A stretch of 64,000 nt of DNA from Callorhinchus milii. Lineage: Eukaryota. The stretch covers positions 100,628,001 to 100,692,000 of the forward strand of contig NW_024704742.1 in the NCBI RefSeq assembly GCF_018977255.1. Direction: 5' to 3'. Below, piece by piece: positions 24,490 to 37,983 of the stretch. Under the pieces are notes generated by a model. The model did not search any database. It had not been told where the DNA came from and worked only from the letters and a program-made list of their open reading frames with translations. A program made the position numbers and the translations under genes. Position 1 is the first letter of the stretch; each line of letters starts with the position of its first letter.

Positions 24490-24880
24490 ATTCTTTGTTT
24501 GTATTCTTGTATTGAAATCCCTCCACTCCTCTGCACCCCCCTACCTCTCTGACCTCCTCTCTCCTCAAAACAATACCTGTTGCCTTCGTTCCTCCGGCTC
24601 TGGTCTCCTCCTCTGCCCCGGGTTCTCTGCTCCACTCTCGGGGCCGTGCCTTCAGCCACTATGCCCCGAGGCTCAGGAATTCCCTTCCTCACTCCCTTCA
24701 CCTCGCTCCCTCTCTTCCTATCCTCAGGTCTCTGCTGAAGACCTTTTCGACTGCGCCTTTGGTCACCTTCCTCCCCCTGGCTCGGCCCCGGGATCCGTTA
24801 CTGTGAAGCGCTCTGAGATGCCGTCCAGCGTGGAGGGCGCTATATAAATCCAAATTGTTGTTTGTTGTTGTTGTTGTAGT
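24490..24880 (+). mobile_element. L2 LINE 3' fragment
   Basis: LKSLHSSAPPYLSDLL..LRSSGSGLL; GGGCGCTATATAAAT-(TTG)n tail. Confidence 0.8.
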
Positions 24881-24899
24881 GGGAAGATGGCAAGTGTTC

Positions 24900-25215
24900 T
24901 GAAAGGATGAGATCAATAGGGGCCAAAGTCCAATGTTTTTGAGTCAACACTGACAGTGTGTGTCGTCAGGTTATTTGTGGGGGGATAGAGAGAGGAGTGA
25001 ATGGACAGGTTATAGCAATCGCAGCTGAAGCCAATCTTTTCCTTACCCATTCCCTACACATGGGCATATTCTAGTAATAGTGAGCAGGATCACTGCTTGA
25101 TTCGCTTTTCCCTTACCTGGATGCTGAGGCTAGCTGAAGCACTCTGACTGCCAAGAGCAGCTGCTTAAGTATACACCTGGATCCTGTGACTATTAACTGA
25201 ACCATCAGGGGAGTT
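24900..25215 (-). mobile_element. Ancient AmnSINE2-like SINE remnant
   Basis: GACAGTG.GTGTCG.CAGG.TATT and GCTGAGGC..CTGAACCATCAGGGGAG resemble the recalled consensus; weaker remnants at ~2380-2545 and 26400-26580. Confidence 0.4.
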
Positions 25216-25400
25216 GATTTTCAAGTAAAGTTGACTTACCACTGCATGTCATCAATAGTGTTTACCTACAGGGCTCAATCCACCACCCATTTATTTTTGC
25301 CTGATTTCAAAATGCTGGTGTAAAGGCACGAAAAGCAAAGTAAAACAAGCAGAATAGCAAATACATAACTGTTGTCATTGTGAAGCATTTTATGACTTAC

Positions 25401-25503
25401 TTGTTGCAGGCAAGTTATCTGGTCCTTGGCCTCGATGAGAAGCTGCTTGTTTCGGTATTTCTCCTCTTCATATTGCTGAGTCTTCTCATCAAATTGCTGT
25501 TGC
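25401..25503 (-). CDS. FAM186-like gene, coiled-coil exon
   Basis: ttgcacag|...CAA|gtaagt, phase 2 to 0, QQQFDEKTQQYEEEKYRNKQLLIEAKDQITCLQQ. Confidence 0.8.
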
Positions 25504-25624
25504 CTGTGCAAGAGAGAATGTGTCTGACACTCATTGGAAGCTGAAGCAATATTCTCTTTGAAACCACATCACCAACTGTGTGGTACAAAGTGTTGGTGCA
25601 CCGAACTGTTAAGCACACAGCACC

Positions 25625-25997
25625 ATAATAATAATAATCCTTGCATTTGATATAGTTTCTTATCACGTCGTTGAGACGTCTCAAAGCGCTTCATAGAATA
25701 TACTGTAAAGTGAATTGACTGCATATTTTGCAAGTGGAACTCGGCAGCCAATAGCACACAACAGTGTCCACAAACAGTAGTGGATTGAGTCACCAAATAT
25801 TTTTAAAATATTTTTTTAAGGATTATTACCCTCAGAAACCAATCCACAAATGGGCTAACAACCGGGTTCCCACTGTTTTGTAAATAAAGGCATGTGGAGT
25901 AAGGAAACTTGCCTTAGGTTATGCCCCGGCCAGGAATCAAACCTGGGCGCTCTCGCTTGTGAGGCGAGTGCCCTAACCAATACACTACAGGGCTCCA
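25625..25997 (-). mobile_element. tRNA-derived SINE, long subfamily
   Basis: Full length with (ATA)n at left. Confidence 0.85.
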
Positions 25998-27570
25998 AAA
26001 TGGCAAATTCTCAAGTCTCGGATGTTTATTCTTGGGGAAGGGGGGAGAGGTACAGGAGGTGAGCTTGGACTGTAGCAGGGAGAGATATTGAATGGGAAGA
26101 CATAATAAAAACAAAGATTAATGAACTTCAACAGATTTAGGCATGAAACTCTGAGATACTATTTGGGAAGATCGTCCAAACCATTGCATTTTGACCCTAA
26201 TATATTATTGCAAAGCAGTTTTCACCAGATACTACTGTTTTGTTGTTCTTCGCTGTGGTCACTTGTTCATTTATTTCAAGACAATATGCATTGAACTGGG
26301 TTCCTAGAATAATTTCTTCCATTACCTTTACCGACATTGCTCTGGGTTTGATGCATTAGGGTTGAAACTTTGGTATTTGTGACAAGGACTCGCAAATAGT
26401 AACCCTCTCTGGTAACTGGAAATGGGTCACACTGACTCATGGGATCTCTATGTCTTAGCCTCAATCAGTCTGGTAACTTATTGAGTACCCAAGATCAGCT
26501 GATTAAGGGCAAACCGAGGATCTTCTCAGTCTGTGTGGCTCACAAGTACAGAGCATTCATCTGTTGAGCTCTTTGCGGGAAACAGAACACATCAATGTCA
26601 CCTTGCACTGAATCAAAGTATGGCTCAGAAGCATAGTCCAGATTCCACGCAGAGTTCCCACTGCATTTCCGGGAAAATAATTATCAATGCAAACTGAAAA
26701 GCACATCTCTTTTTCCCTCCCCTCAAGATTCCTGAACAAGACTGATCAAACAGAATTAAACTGCACGGAACTATGAGGACAACTTTGTGCTCCATCGAGA
26801 ACTAGATTAAAATTGTGAAAATTAATTCATTTTGCTTCGTATTAGTGATCAGAGGCAACCTTGGGGTAAAAAATCTTTCATAATATTCTCAGTATGATAA
26901 AACTGAATCAGTTATGAAACATTGCATTTTTCACCCTCTAACTCCATCTCTTCAGATTGAATTCAAACCTTGGCTTGGGTTGCAAAGGGCATCTTTCTAT
27001 ACATTCTCCACAAACCAGCCTCCCAAATGTATTTTTTTGGAGGCTGCTGCCTATTTTTATTTGAATCATGTCCACGTTTGCTGTTTGCAGACATCGCAGT
27101 GTACCTCCAGCTGGGAGAGCAGGCAAGCAGAACGACTAACCTTTTACTCCACGTCAATTTTTAATTTCATAAAACAAACCATCCATACACATCAAACGCT
27201 GGCATGATGGATACAATGTGTAAAGGTGTTGTTTCTTGCTTGTTTGGATGCGGCTGGATAGATGATTGCAGACTGCCAATTAAACCACTGTTTAGCTGGA
27301 TAGGAGGCTTGATTGTCATACTCTCCAATTTCCAAAGTTTACATGGGAATAATACGAGATTAGATTTAAATCCCAGACACATCTGAAATTACTTTGAAAT
27401 AACCCAAAACCGGAGAGTATAGAAAAAGATTAATTCACTAATCTTTTGTGTCTTTAGCTAAACACAGCCAGTGGCAATAGTAGCAGTAAAGGATGTCAAT
27501 GAATGGATATCTCTTATTCAACAATTCATTAAATAACTGAGTCTATGAACCTGTTTTAAGAAACACTTAC

Positions 27571-27790
27571 AGTTGTTGCATTTTATCCTGAAACTCGGTT
27601 TGAGATGATTTCTCCGCATACTCCACTCTGGAATGGAAAACAGTATTCTCTGCAATGTCTTGAAAGGAATTCAGGCTGGTCTTATCCTGTACAGAGGCAT
27701 TGAAACTGATGGTTGTTCTCTCACGGGATGACCCATCAAAGGATGATACAGCACACTCCCTCTCTTCTGTGTTTAACAAGGCACTGAGGA
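27571..27790 (-). CDS. FAM186-like gene, exon
   Basis: Phase 1 to 2, VLSALLNTEERECAVSS...TEFQDKMQQL, donor CT|gtaagt; alternative in-frame acceptor at 27766. Confidence 0.7.
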
Positions 27791-27973
27791 CTTGAGTCAA
27801 GAGTACAGCAGTAGAAAAAACAAAATGGACAGTAAATTGTAACATGTTTTGTCAGTTGCTTCAACTTTATTTAACTTAAGTCAACTTCTTGTGAAATGAG
27901 AATAATTAGCTACCTTGATTAAATCTTATAAATATAACATAATCACTTTAACAAAGTCTTTGAGTCTTTATGT

Positions 27974-28301
27974 GGAGTCCTGTAGCTCAGTGGTTAGAGC
28001 ACTCGCTTTGCAAGCGAGAGACCTGAGTTCAATTCCAGGCAGGACGAAACCTTGGGCAAGTTTCCTTACTCCACACGCCTAATAATAATCCCTCCAAAAC
28101 CAAAAAAAACAAAAAAAAATAATAAATTGGTCATTTTCAATCTACGACTGTTTGTGGGACATTGCTGTGCACAATTGGCTGCCGCGTTCGCCCACAAATA
28201 TACAGTCAATTCACTTTACAGTGTGTTCTGTGAAGCGCTTTGGGACGTCCTCCCGATGTGAAAAGCGCTATATCAAATGCAAGGATTATTATTATTTATT
28301 A
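27974..28301 (+). mobile_element. Young tRNA-derived SINE, short subfamily
   Basis: Near-identical to the 15684 and 35067 copies. Confidence 0.9.
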
Positions 28302-28394
28302 TGTTGCCAAATTGTGAAAAATGTAATGATCCTGCCTTTTGCATCAACTCCTCAGACACTTGAATATAAGGAATATAAAGAATAATTTTAAACA

Positions 28395-28527
28395 AAAGCT
28401 AAAATACCACAGATGCTGGAAATGTGAAAAAACAGAAACGTCATCGACCTGAAACGTTAACTCACTTTCCTCTCTCCATAGATGCTGCCTGACCTGCTGA
28501 GTGTTCCCAGCAAGTTCTGTTTTTATT
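28395..28527 (+). mobile_element. Penelope-like terminal repeat remnant
   Basis: CAGATGCTGGAAAT...GTCATCGACCTGAAACGTTAACTC...AGATGCTGCCTGACCTGCTGAGT, as recalled for chondrichthyan Penelope ends. Confidence 0.65.
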
Positions 28528-30199
28528 ATTAAAGAATAATTTTGTCCACTTCATGGTAGTAGTAATAATAATAATTCTTGCATTTAATATAGCAACTTAT
28601 CATGTCATTGAGATGACTCAAAGCCCTCCACACGATTGTAAAGTGTAGTGAATGTACATTTTGTAGGACAGCAATATCCCACAAGCAGCCATGAAGTGGG
28701 TGACCAAATTTATCTGGAGGATTGTTGGCCAGGACACCGAGAGAAACTCCCTTCTCTTTTTCGAATAGTGCCATAGAATATTTAATGTCCACCAGAACAG
28801 GCAGATGGGACCTCATTGAACATTGATATCATGGAAAATCCAGAGTAAACTTTGCCTGGACCTGTGTTTCTGCATATTAATAATGTTTGCTAAAAGGCTG
28901 ATTTTTGACAAGCGATAGATCAATTGCAAAAACATCTGGAGGGGAAAATAAACATATAGAAACTGGCAGTCTGTAAGAGAAATACAAACTATACCGCTAC
29001 AGTGGGTATTATTTCAAATAAGTAGTAATATGTTTTTCAATCAACGATGACAAAATTTACCCAGAATAATGACCTCAGTTTTAAAAGATGTACAATAGCT
29101 TTAAGGTCAGAAATGATATTACGAAACCCTCAGTGAATGGAAAAATATTACTAATAAAGAGGGAACAGGGAAGAAAGACAGGATGAATTGTTTGAATTGG
29201 AAGCAAAGTGCAGAAGCTGGAGCAGGGTCAGGAAGCAAAGAGTAGAGGCAGAAAGAAAAACAAAATGTTATTATGAGTTTTATTCATCCTTGCTACTGGA
29301 AATCCTTTTGAAAACAGACTTATATTGTATTATCAAGTTTGCTATTAACCATTTCAACTTCCAATGAACACATCAAAAAAAATCTGTGCTTTAGAATTCA
29401 GTGACAAATAACTATTATTTTATTTTCTATATAAATGATCCCAAGTGTAGTTTATTTCCAAACATCCTAGTGTTACAATGTTACAATATTGAATGATTGA
29501 GCAGCATTTTGAGCTTGTATTGTCTGACGTTTGGTTTGTTTTCCTCTGGAAGGCACCTTTTGACAGTGGATTTAATTTGTGGTGATTTGTAAAAGGCTTC
29601 AAATAGAAGCCTACAGGAATCTGATGTGTCTCGGGTCAACATGCTGGAACTGATTGTGGACAGCGATCTCATTCCAATTTCTGTGAGGTCGGATTGCAGG
29701 CAAAGGAGGCTTTTGGTAAGAATTTGGCTGAGATCAGCAACTAAACAGAATTCAGGCATGTTGGTATAAACCACATCTAGCTTCCTACAGGATTGTGCAT
29801 TTATGAATTCCACCAATTAGACCTTAGTGCCAGGGAGATTACTCACTGGAACAAGTGGCCATAACATCCTGAAGTAGGAGGGGGAAGACGGTTTTGGCTC
29901 CTCAGTCTCCCATCATACCTCAGCCAAAGTAAAGGCTGCTCAAGAATTGAATGCCTTGTGCTAGCTCAGTGGTACTCAACACTATCTACACTACAGCATC
30001 ATCCAGGGCCATCTCAAAGGAGCCTGACTTGATTAAGAATCGCTTTCACCAAGCACCAGATCAAAGCAGTTTCGGAAGCCAGGTTTGCATGTTAGTTTGA
30101 ACCGTTTGTTCCATAATCTATTGATTGTGAGTTGGTTTGTATTGTAGGGAGGTAGGATCTGCTTGGCTTCTTTCTTTACTTCCTTCTCTTCAACCATGC

Positions 30200-30368
30200 C
30201 TTCAGCTTCCCGCTCGACTCTCTACCCCCTCCTCGCTCCCTCCCTCCCTTCCCTCCCTCACCCTGACCATTTCCCCCTTGCTCAGGTCCCGACCCAACTG
30301 TCCAGCGCCTTGGGATGTCCTTCCGACGTGAAAGGTGTTCTATAAATGAAATGTTGTTGTTGTTGTTT
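30200..30368 (+). mobile_element. L2 LINE 3' UTR/tail
   Basis: Reverse-complement match to 4837-5002, ends in (TTG)n. Confidence 0.8.
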
Positions 30369-30990
30369 GCTGTCTCCATTGATCCTAAGAGGTGATGGCA
30401 GGCTCTTTCTCCACCGAAGACATCAATGACTGCTCTCATACCACATTCAGATGCCCTGCAGCAACAGTATTACACTTCCAATGCCATTTTAATTCCAAGT
30501 AGCAAGCTATAAGTCTGTTGTATGCAATTAAAGTAACAATGAAGGTTTTTGTTCAGCAGTTTAAGAAAAAGTTATAAAGAATTTTGCAATTTATATCTGA
30601 ACGCAATGTTAAAATGTTGCTGTTAGACAGTTATTATTGGAGGCTGAGCTGACTGAGTGCTGAATTTTCAAAGACTCAGTGAAACATCACAAATGATGAA
30701 TATTATACAATGGTAAGTACATGCTGTAATTAAAAGCGATTACTCCCAATGGAGGAATATAGCGTTTACAATCGATTTAGTCTTGCCTTTTGATCTAAAC
30801 GCAACTTCAAATAAACACAGAAAAGTATAATAAATTACAAAGTCAAAGTCCTGGACTTATATCTTACTTGCTTTCATTGACAATAAATGATCTGTGATTA
30901 CAGTAAGCAGTTAGCATTCGGGGAGGCTTGCTTGGCAGATCCTTCCTCTAGGCACTACTAATATGGCTCTGTGCCATTGTATACTCCTAC

Positions 30991-31119
30991 CTGTCAAGAA
31001 TTCATTTAGGATACGCTGACTGCTACTGGCCATGGAGCAAACTTGGCCTAAGATGTCCACATCTGGGCTGTATCTCACCATTGCAATCTCTTGAAATGCT
31101 TGAGCAGCAGAGATCATTT
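30991..31119 (-). CDS. FAM186-like gene, exon
   Basis: attacag|...ACAG|gtagga, 129 bp, phase 1 to 1, EMISAAQAFQEIAMVRYSPDVDILGQVCSMASSSQRILNEFLT. Confidence 0.75.
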
Positions 31120-32352
31120 CTGTAATGATTCACAGGTTATATTATTAATGGTTTTGTTTGATATTTTCTGTAATCTTTACAGTAGTATAACCTCTCCTAC
31201 ACAAACTGCTTTTGCCCACATATTAACTGAGAGATTTATCTAAAAACTTGTTACAAAACAGATAGGGAATGTATCACACTTAAAATGAATCATCATACCT
31301 CAGGGATTAATACACATGGGCACGACGTGTCTCGGTCTACATGATTTAAATATAGAATACAAAAAAATGAGAAGGAGTTGCAATCACAGTTAAGTGGTCC
31401 AGGGGAAGTTATTGGTAGGGAGAGCAAAGCACAAGTTGTTTATACATACATATATATGTTTGCAATACATATATATTAACAGGATCTTGTGATTGAAGTA
31501 GAGTCACTAATATGGCGAGTTGCACCATTCTGGGGGGAATTTAACCTAACAACATAGTGGATATCCTGAGAACTGAACCATCTATTTGTATGCTTCCTTG
31601 TCTGCTTCAGTTTAGTTGTAGAGAAAAAGACATAAGATCAACCAGTAATCTTTTTTATCTCAATGGATGGGTGGGTATTTTATATTATAAATAAGAAATT
31701 GTATTCTTGTCAAATGTATATTTTTTATGCACAATATACTATTTTAATTTAAAAATTGCGTATCATGCAGAACGATCATTGAGTCAGCAGTTGCAAGTTT
31801 AAGAGAATGCAATTGATGCAATAGAGTATTGCTCCAAAGAGTATTGTGTGGAAGAGTCTCAAAGCAAACAACAATACAAACATAAGTTACAAGATTTGGG
31901 CCATTGTAATGTTTGTTTAGTTGATAGCTTACCACTTTATCCACCATACTACATGGAATGTTTTATAATTATGAGTTGCAACAAGTAACACAATGATTGG
32001 TGTTACTCACTCATGAAGCATCTTAATCCACAATGTATTAAAGAAACTACTGTTCGTTGTCACTAACGTTTTGAAAGCAGTGTTGAAAGAGCCATTATAA
32101 AGTGTGCATTCACAAGCTTAAACATTCAGAAACATAGATAACCACCTCAATTTTTCATGTTAGTTTCACTAACTGCACGTAGATACATTTGTTCCATCTA
32201 AAGATTAGATAAGTGCACGGAAGACCCTATATTAATCCAGTATATTGGTTACAATAAACTGTTTTGAAAATGATACGCTGTCAAATTATAAAAGCCTGTA
32301 GTGTTTGCAGAAAATAATTACAACGTGATACTGTGCACTGGACAACATTTAC

Positions 32353-32523
32353 CCTTTTCAAACAATATTTTGCTGACGTAATCTTTAAACTCGATAATCT
32401 TCGAGTACAGTTTGATGTATTCCTCAGTCAGTGGGTGAAAGGTAAGGTCTGAAGCTGTTAGCTCAGTGTTAGGCACGTGTTGCATTGTCGTGGTTCTCCC
32501 TGGTCCACTGTGTTCAGCACAGT
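32353..32523 (-). CDS. FAM186-like gene, exon
   Basis: tttacag|...AAGG|gtaaat, 171 bp, phase 1 to 1, DCAEHSG...FHPLTEEYIKLYSKIIEFKDYVSKILFEK. Confidence 0.75.
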
Positions 32524-34539
32524 CTGTAAACAGAAAGTTAATCATGTGAGATTGCTTAAAGGTTTCCTTCTCATTAATACAAGGAACACATTAAATTTGT
32601 TCCTAATACCATCTTGACTAATGAAGACTTTACCTACACATATTTTGAGGTGTTTATAATAATAATCCTTGGATCTGGTAAAGCATCTTATCACCACATC
32701 CAAACCTCTCAAAGCGCCTCACAGGACTTACTGTTAAGTGAAATGACTGTCTATTTGTAGGTGAACGACGCAGCCAAATAGACACAGAAATGTCCCATAA
32801 GCAGCCATAAAGTGAAGTCTAATGTTTACAATGGTTTGTTCCTGGTCACCAATTTCTCACAGCTGGCTTGTCTGATCATCTGGCCCACTTAGGGTTAAGA
32901 AACTGACTTTATGTTGTAAATTTCCTGGTTTTACGTCCACATTAAGAGGTTTAACTTGGAGGAGAATCCCTGAGGTAAAACTCCTCATATGGTCTCAATC
33001 TACATCAGAAAACTGACTGTATCAGGTTGGTTTCTTGTTTTTTTAGAAAAACAGCAAATAGCAAGCTGAACGGGAGTATCTGGTTGCAGGGAATTTGAGG
33101 ATGGGAACAGCAGTATTTATGGGATTCCTTAAAGAGATCCTCATTCTAATTAAGATAAGGAACACATAAGGAATAAGGATAAGGAATACTGCAAATTCTG
33201 CCCAGGAAAGGTTATTACTAAATAAATCCTTTTAATAAATGTGCATATAAAAGAGATGCACTGCGTTATTCAAATAGATTTTCATGTTATGACAGTTAGG
33301 GGATTCAATTAGGTGAAATTTCAAAAAACACAATTTTTATTATGTATGGGTGAAAATTTCCAAATTGTTTGACCGCCCACTTAGCAGTAGTGAGCCAAGA
33401 ATACAAGTTGCGCTTCCCACTCTTTTATAAAATTGCAAATATTAGATTCCTCCCTCCTCATTCAATGTCATAAACACCTCAAATGATAATGCCACAGGGG
33501 CATTGCATACATACACTGCTAAGTGCTCTGAGATGCCATCCGGTGTGAAGGGCGCTATACAAATGCAAGTTCTTGTTGTTGCAATTTTTTAAAATATGTT
33601 TTCAAGGACCCAAATGCAGAACATTTTGTTGTTGATAGCAATTGACTTTATGGTGAGAATGGGATGGTGAGAATGTGGAACTCACTGCCGGAAACTATGG
33701 TTGAAGTAAAAAGAATCAATGTATTCAAGAGAAAAACTTAATGTGTATATGAGGGAGAAGGGAATAGAGGTGTATAAGTGAGAGGAATAGTGATGGTGGG
33801 GGGCTTGGTGTGGAGTATAAACACTGTCATGGACTAGTTGGGCTGAATGACTTGATTCCATGCTGTATCTCTATGTAACTCTATGAAATGCTTTGTAATA
33901 AATGGTTACTTACAATCAAAACACTGCCTACTACAGTTCATAACACTGGTTTGCCTGCAATACACAAGACTGATGTTTACATAGATTTGATTTCCTTCTG
34001 TAGGATCATAATTATTATTACTTGAGATTCAACATTATAGAATATCTAGAGTTGATATCGCAGAATTCACTGTTCGTGTACGACAGCAAGAGTAAAGATC
34101 GTAAAAATTTCCTGCTAGTATTGTGATATCATCACCAGCATTCCAGCATCTTGTTACAGGCAGTTTCATACAGTGGGAGTTAATCCATGTTATCAAAACA
34201 ATTTTCAGTACTTAAGATAAGAGGTGCGTGGTGAGATACGTATATTAAAAATATTTTAAAAAAAACACTACTGGAATGCCTCCAGTCATCAGGAAGCTTC
34301 TCACAACAAATAATGTTAATAAAGGTTCATTTGCCAATGCCCCATCATCTATTCATGCATACACTTTATGCCAATAACAATTACTGGCATGTTACCTTCA
34401 AAGGAAAGGAAGTAAAAAACCATGAATGTTGGAAATACAAAATCATAAATGTACAGATAGCAAGATCTCTTTTGATTTTTCAGAAAGGGAGATGCATAAG
34501 AATTCTATGTGGTATATAAGTTTATTTAAAAATTCACAT

Positions 34540-35035
34540 CCAGTGATTATCTTCCTTGGGGAAGTGGGGTCTCTCTGGAGCTGAGTTGATTTTCTCCATG
34601 GCCACATGCCTGAATTGAATTGATTCTCTATGGTGGTCTCTGAAGTCCCATTCCCTGAGTCAGCAGATCCACAGTAATTAAGGCACTGCTGGTGACAAAC
34701 CAGCCAAGCGTTGCTCTTCAGCAGGAATTGGAGAAGTGGATGAGTCACTTGGGACAGGGATTCTTCCAATTGGGTCCTGTTAGCCCTACAAGCCAGAGTC
34801 CTAATGGGCAGAGTTGTCCTTGGTGGACAAGCGGTGGCAAGATTACCTTAGCTGGTTAAATTCCAATACGTACACTGGGGTTCCCAAACCTTGGCTCTTG
34901 CCAACCTGCATCTAATACTTTCCTGGATTAGGTGTGCAGGGTACATTCCCCCTTAACTCTGTGCAGAGAATGCACATTTTATTCCAGGTACAATCAAATT
35001 CCCATAGTTCAGTTTGGTTACTCTTATTCTTAGGT
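34540..35035 (+). repeat. Unclassified repeat copy
   Basis: AAGTGGGGTCTC..GCTGAG, AGGCACTGCTGGTGACA, CCTTGGCTCTTGCCAACCTGCA. Confidence 0.75.
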
Positions 35036-35066
35036 AATTTGGTACAGTGGAGTACAGTGGTACAGT

Positions 35067-35381
35067 GGAGTCCTGTAGCTCAGTGGTTAGAGCACTCGCT
35101 TTGCAAGTGAGAGACCTGAGTTCAATTCCAGGCAGGGCGAAACCTTGGGCAAGTTTCCTTACTCCACACGCCTAATAATAATCCCTTCAAAACCAAAACA
35201 ATAATTAATTGGTCATTTTCAATCTACGACTGTTTGTGGGACATTGCTGTGCGCAATTGGCTGCCGCGTTCGCCCACAAATATACAGTCAATTCACTTTA
35301 CAGTGTGTTCTGTGAAGCGCTTTGGGACGTCCTCCTGACGTGAAAAGCGCTATATCAAATGCAAGGATTATTATTATTATT
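35067..35381 (+). mobile_element. Young tRNA-derived SINE, short subfamily
   Basis: Full length, (TTA)n tail. Confidence 0.9.
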
Positions 35382-35387
35382 AATTTC

Positions 35388-35745
35388 CTGGCTCAGTTGC
35401 TGGCACTCACAGACTTCTGAGTAAGAGGGTTCAAACGCTACATTGGGATTTTGAACTCCCAGTCTAGGCTGACACTCCAATAAAGTGCTGCATTGTTGGA
35501 GGTGCCGTCCTTTGGATAAGACACTAAACCAATGTCCCATCTGCCTGCAGAGATCTCATCCGCCTGTTCAGGTGGGCATTAAAGATATCTTGGTAGTATT
35601 TAAAAAGAGAATGGAAGTTCACCCATTGTCCTGGCAAACAGTCATTAAGATAAAATTGGGCATTGCTGTGCGAACGTTTAGGTGTTTTGCCTACAAAGTA
35701 TACAGTCACTACAGTTCGTCCTGGCAGGAATGTCAAATAAAAGGA
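35388..35745 (+). mobile_element. Old Deu-domain SINE (SacSINE1/AmnSINE1-like)
   Basis: TCTAGGCTGACACTCCA, GGAGGTGCCGTCCTTTGGAT, CAGGTGG..TTAAAGAT motifs. Confidence 0.75.
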
Positions 35746-37544
35746 ATATTCCTTCTTTTTCTTCTTAATCATACCGTGTGTTTCTGTGCTTACCAGATGA
35801 CACACAAAAAGCAATCACCATCACATTATTCCTCCTCATTCATTATACTATACTTGCAACAGTAACACATGAGGAATGAATGAAAAGCAGCGCATAGTCG
35901 AGCACAATCTCTGCAAAGTGTCCATCATTTTCAGCAGAGATGTCTCTAGGCAGTAGTGCTTGGTTACATTTCAAGTAGTAGCAGGTCACCAGATACTTTG
36001 TTTTGGAGTTTCATCTGACTGTGGTGAACGCACATAATAGCTACAGCTTCAATGGAATGTCTTAGTGATTCAAATTGCTACTATACATCTTACTTAGGTT
36101 AAATACATTGTGAAAGGTCGATGCAGTGAAAATTGTAATGATGTGTAGGCAGGAGCGGGATTAATGGACTGCGTGGTCTTTTCTCAGTCTCCTGTTCTCT
36201 CCTTATCGTACATTCTTATAACCAAGATACAGTTGACGAGTGAATGAACTTTGTACATTGAAACCCTCAATATGTTTTTCTCCTATGACACAAACAGCAG
36301 CGACAAGAGTCTGGCACTGTTAGTACTATAAAATCACTGACACAGTGGAATGAATGTCTTCTCTTAAACATCCTGAGGAGCAACATAAAGCTATCATCAA
36401 TTCCAGAGGAACTCAGGCAGCAACTAAGGCAGGAACTTGAGATATAGACAAATAGAATTCTACGACATTCACCAAAGTATGAGACAATTGTAAAAGTTTT
36501 CTAAGATAGCAACTTAAATCTATGGTGGCCATCAGTTTCAGGGAGGAAAATTATATAAATTTATGTTGTCCCCATATCACAGGGCTGGATATGAATGATG
36601 GTCAAATCTCCCAGTGTCATTTCACACACCACCAAGAGATTACAGAATTTCCCCACAAATAGGAGTACATAATTGAAAACGGACATTAAACATATCTCAA
36701 CAGAATTATTCCTCCGCATCGAGCTGATTTTGTGATAGGCTAGTACAATATTTGGACTATTTGCTTAGTAGGGTTGCAAAAATATAGCATGTCATATGAT
36801 TTCAGTGCACCGAGATGTTATCCTAGGTGAAGAATATTATTTAAAGATGTTATATAAATATAATATAAATGCAATATGTTGTTGTGGTATCGCATATTAC
36901 ATTTCAGCACTCCTATATCCCAATCTTGGCACCAGTATACAAAGATTTTCATCTGTACATGTTTTGTGCAAAAGGTTTGCAAGGAGCTAACAATTTATCA
37001 GTGACCCGAATGAGTAACCACAGAGAGACTAATCTGCTTTTTCCATCAGCTCTGCTGTTAGCTGTTGACTGCTCTACGCTTGTATCAGAATGTTTTTTTT
37101 GGACAGACCTTTACTTTGGCTGAGAGGTTGAGGCTTTCAGAAGACTAGGTTTGGATGCCAGAATTTCTAGCCAAGTGTAGGGAGTAATAAGAATTAATCT
37201 CTTTGCTAATTTCCAGTTATCACTTTGGAGATTAGCATGAATGGTGAAGACGTGTAGAAAATTCCTGTACCAGTAGACATAGAACTCTGCTTGTGCTGGG
37301 TCACAGCAACCTGAAATACTGGGGCAGATGTGATTGGTAGATTGTTTGAAATGAATATGATCTGCAGTCATTCATATTGGTGGCAAATTAAATGGAGCAC
37401 TTTGCTGTGAAGAGTATGTGAGAGCAGTATTATCATATACCTGTTACCACTTTTCTCATACATTACACTTTGCATTCTGCATGTACTTAGGCATGGGGGA
37501 GCTTGGAATTCTGTTCCTTGTTTGTTTATAATATTCATAAAATA

Positions 37545-37983
37545 ATAATACAACAACAAAATTACATTTATAGAGTGCCTTTCACATCAGAAGGGTGTCC
37601 CAAAGTGCTTCACAGGACATACTATACAGTGGGGTGACTGTGTATTTTGTGGGCGAACATGGCAGCCAATGTTGTGCACAGCAGTGTCCCATGAATAGCC
37701 ATATAGTGAATCACCAATTTTATTTGGAAGATTGTTGACCAAGATACTGGGAGGAGCTTCCTCTTCTTGAATAGTGCGATGGGATCTTTAATATCCACCT
37801 GAACAGGCAGACGGGGCTTTGGTTTAATACCTCAGCTGAAGGATGGCATCTCCAACAATATATCTCCAACCCCACCACTGCATTGGGAGTGCAATGACTA
37901 TACAATTCTAAGTCTTGATATAGGGTTGAATCCACAACCTTCTGACTTAGAAGTAAGAGTGTTACTAACTGAGCCAGACTGAC
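37545..37983 (-). mobile_element. Old Deu-domain SINE, near full length
   Basis: GGGATCTTTAATATCCACCTGAACAGGCAGACGGGGC..GGTTTAA..CTCA..GAAGGATGGCATCTCC. Confidence 0.8.

Noticed and set aside
27141..27382. AG/GT-bounded exon-like segment
   Set aside because: Stops in all three frames
29481..29816. 111-aa minus-strand ORF as an extra exon
   Set aside because: No convincing donor, and the flanking exons already join in frame
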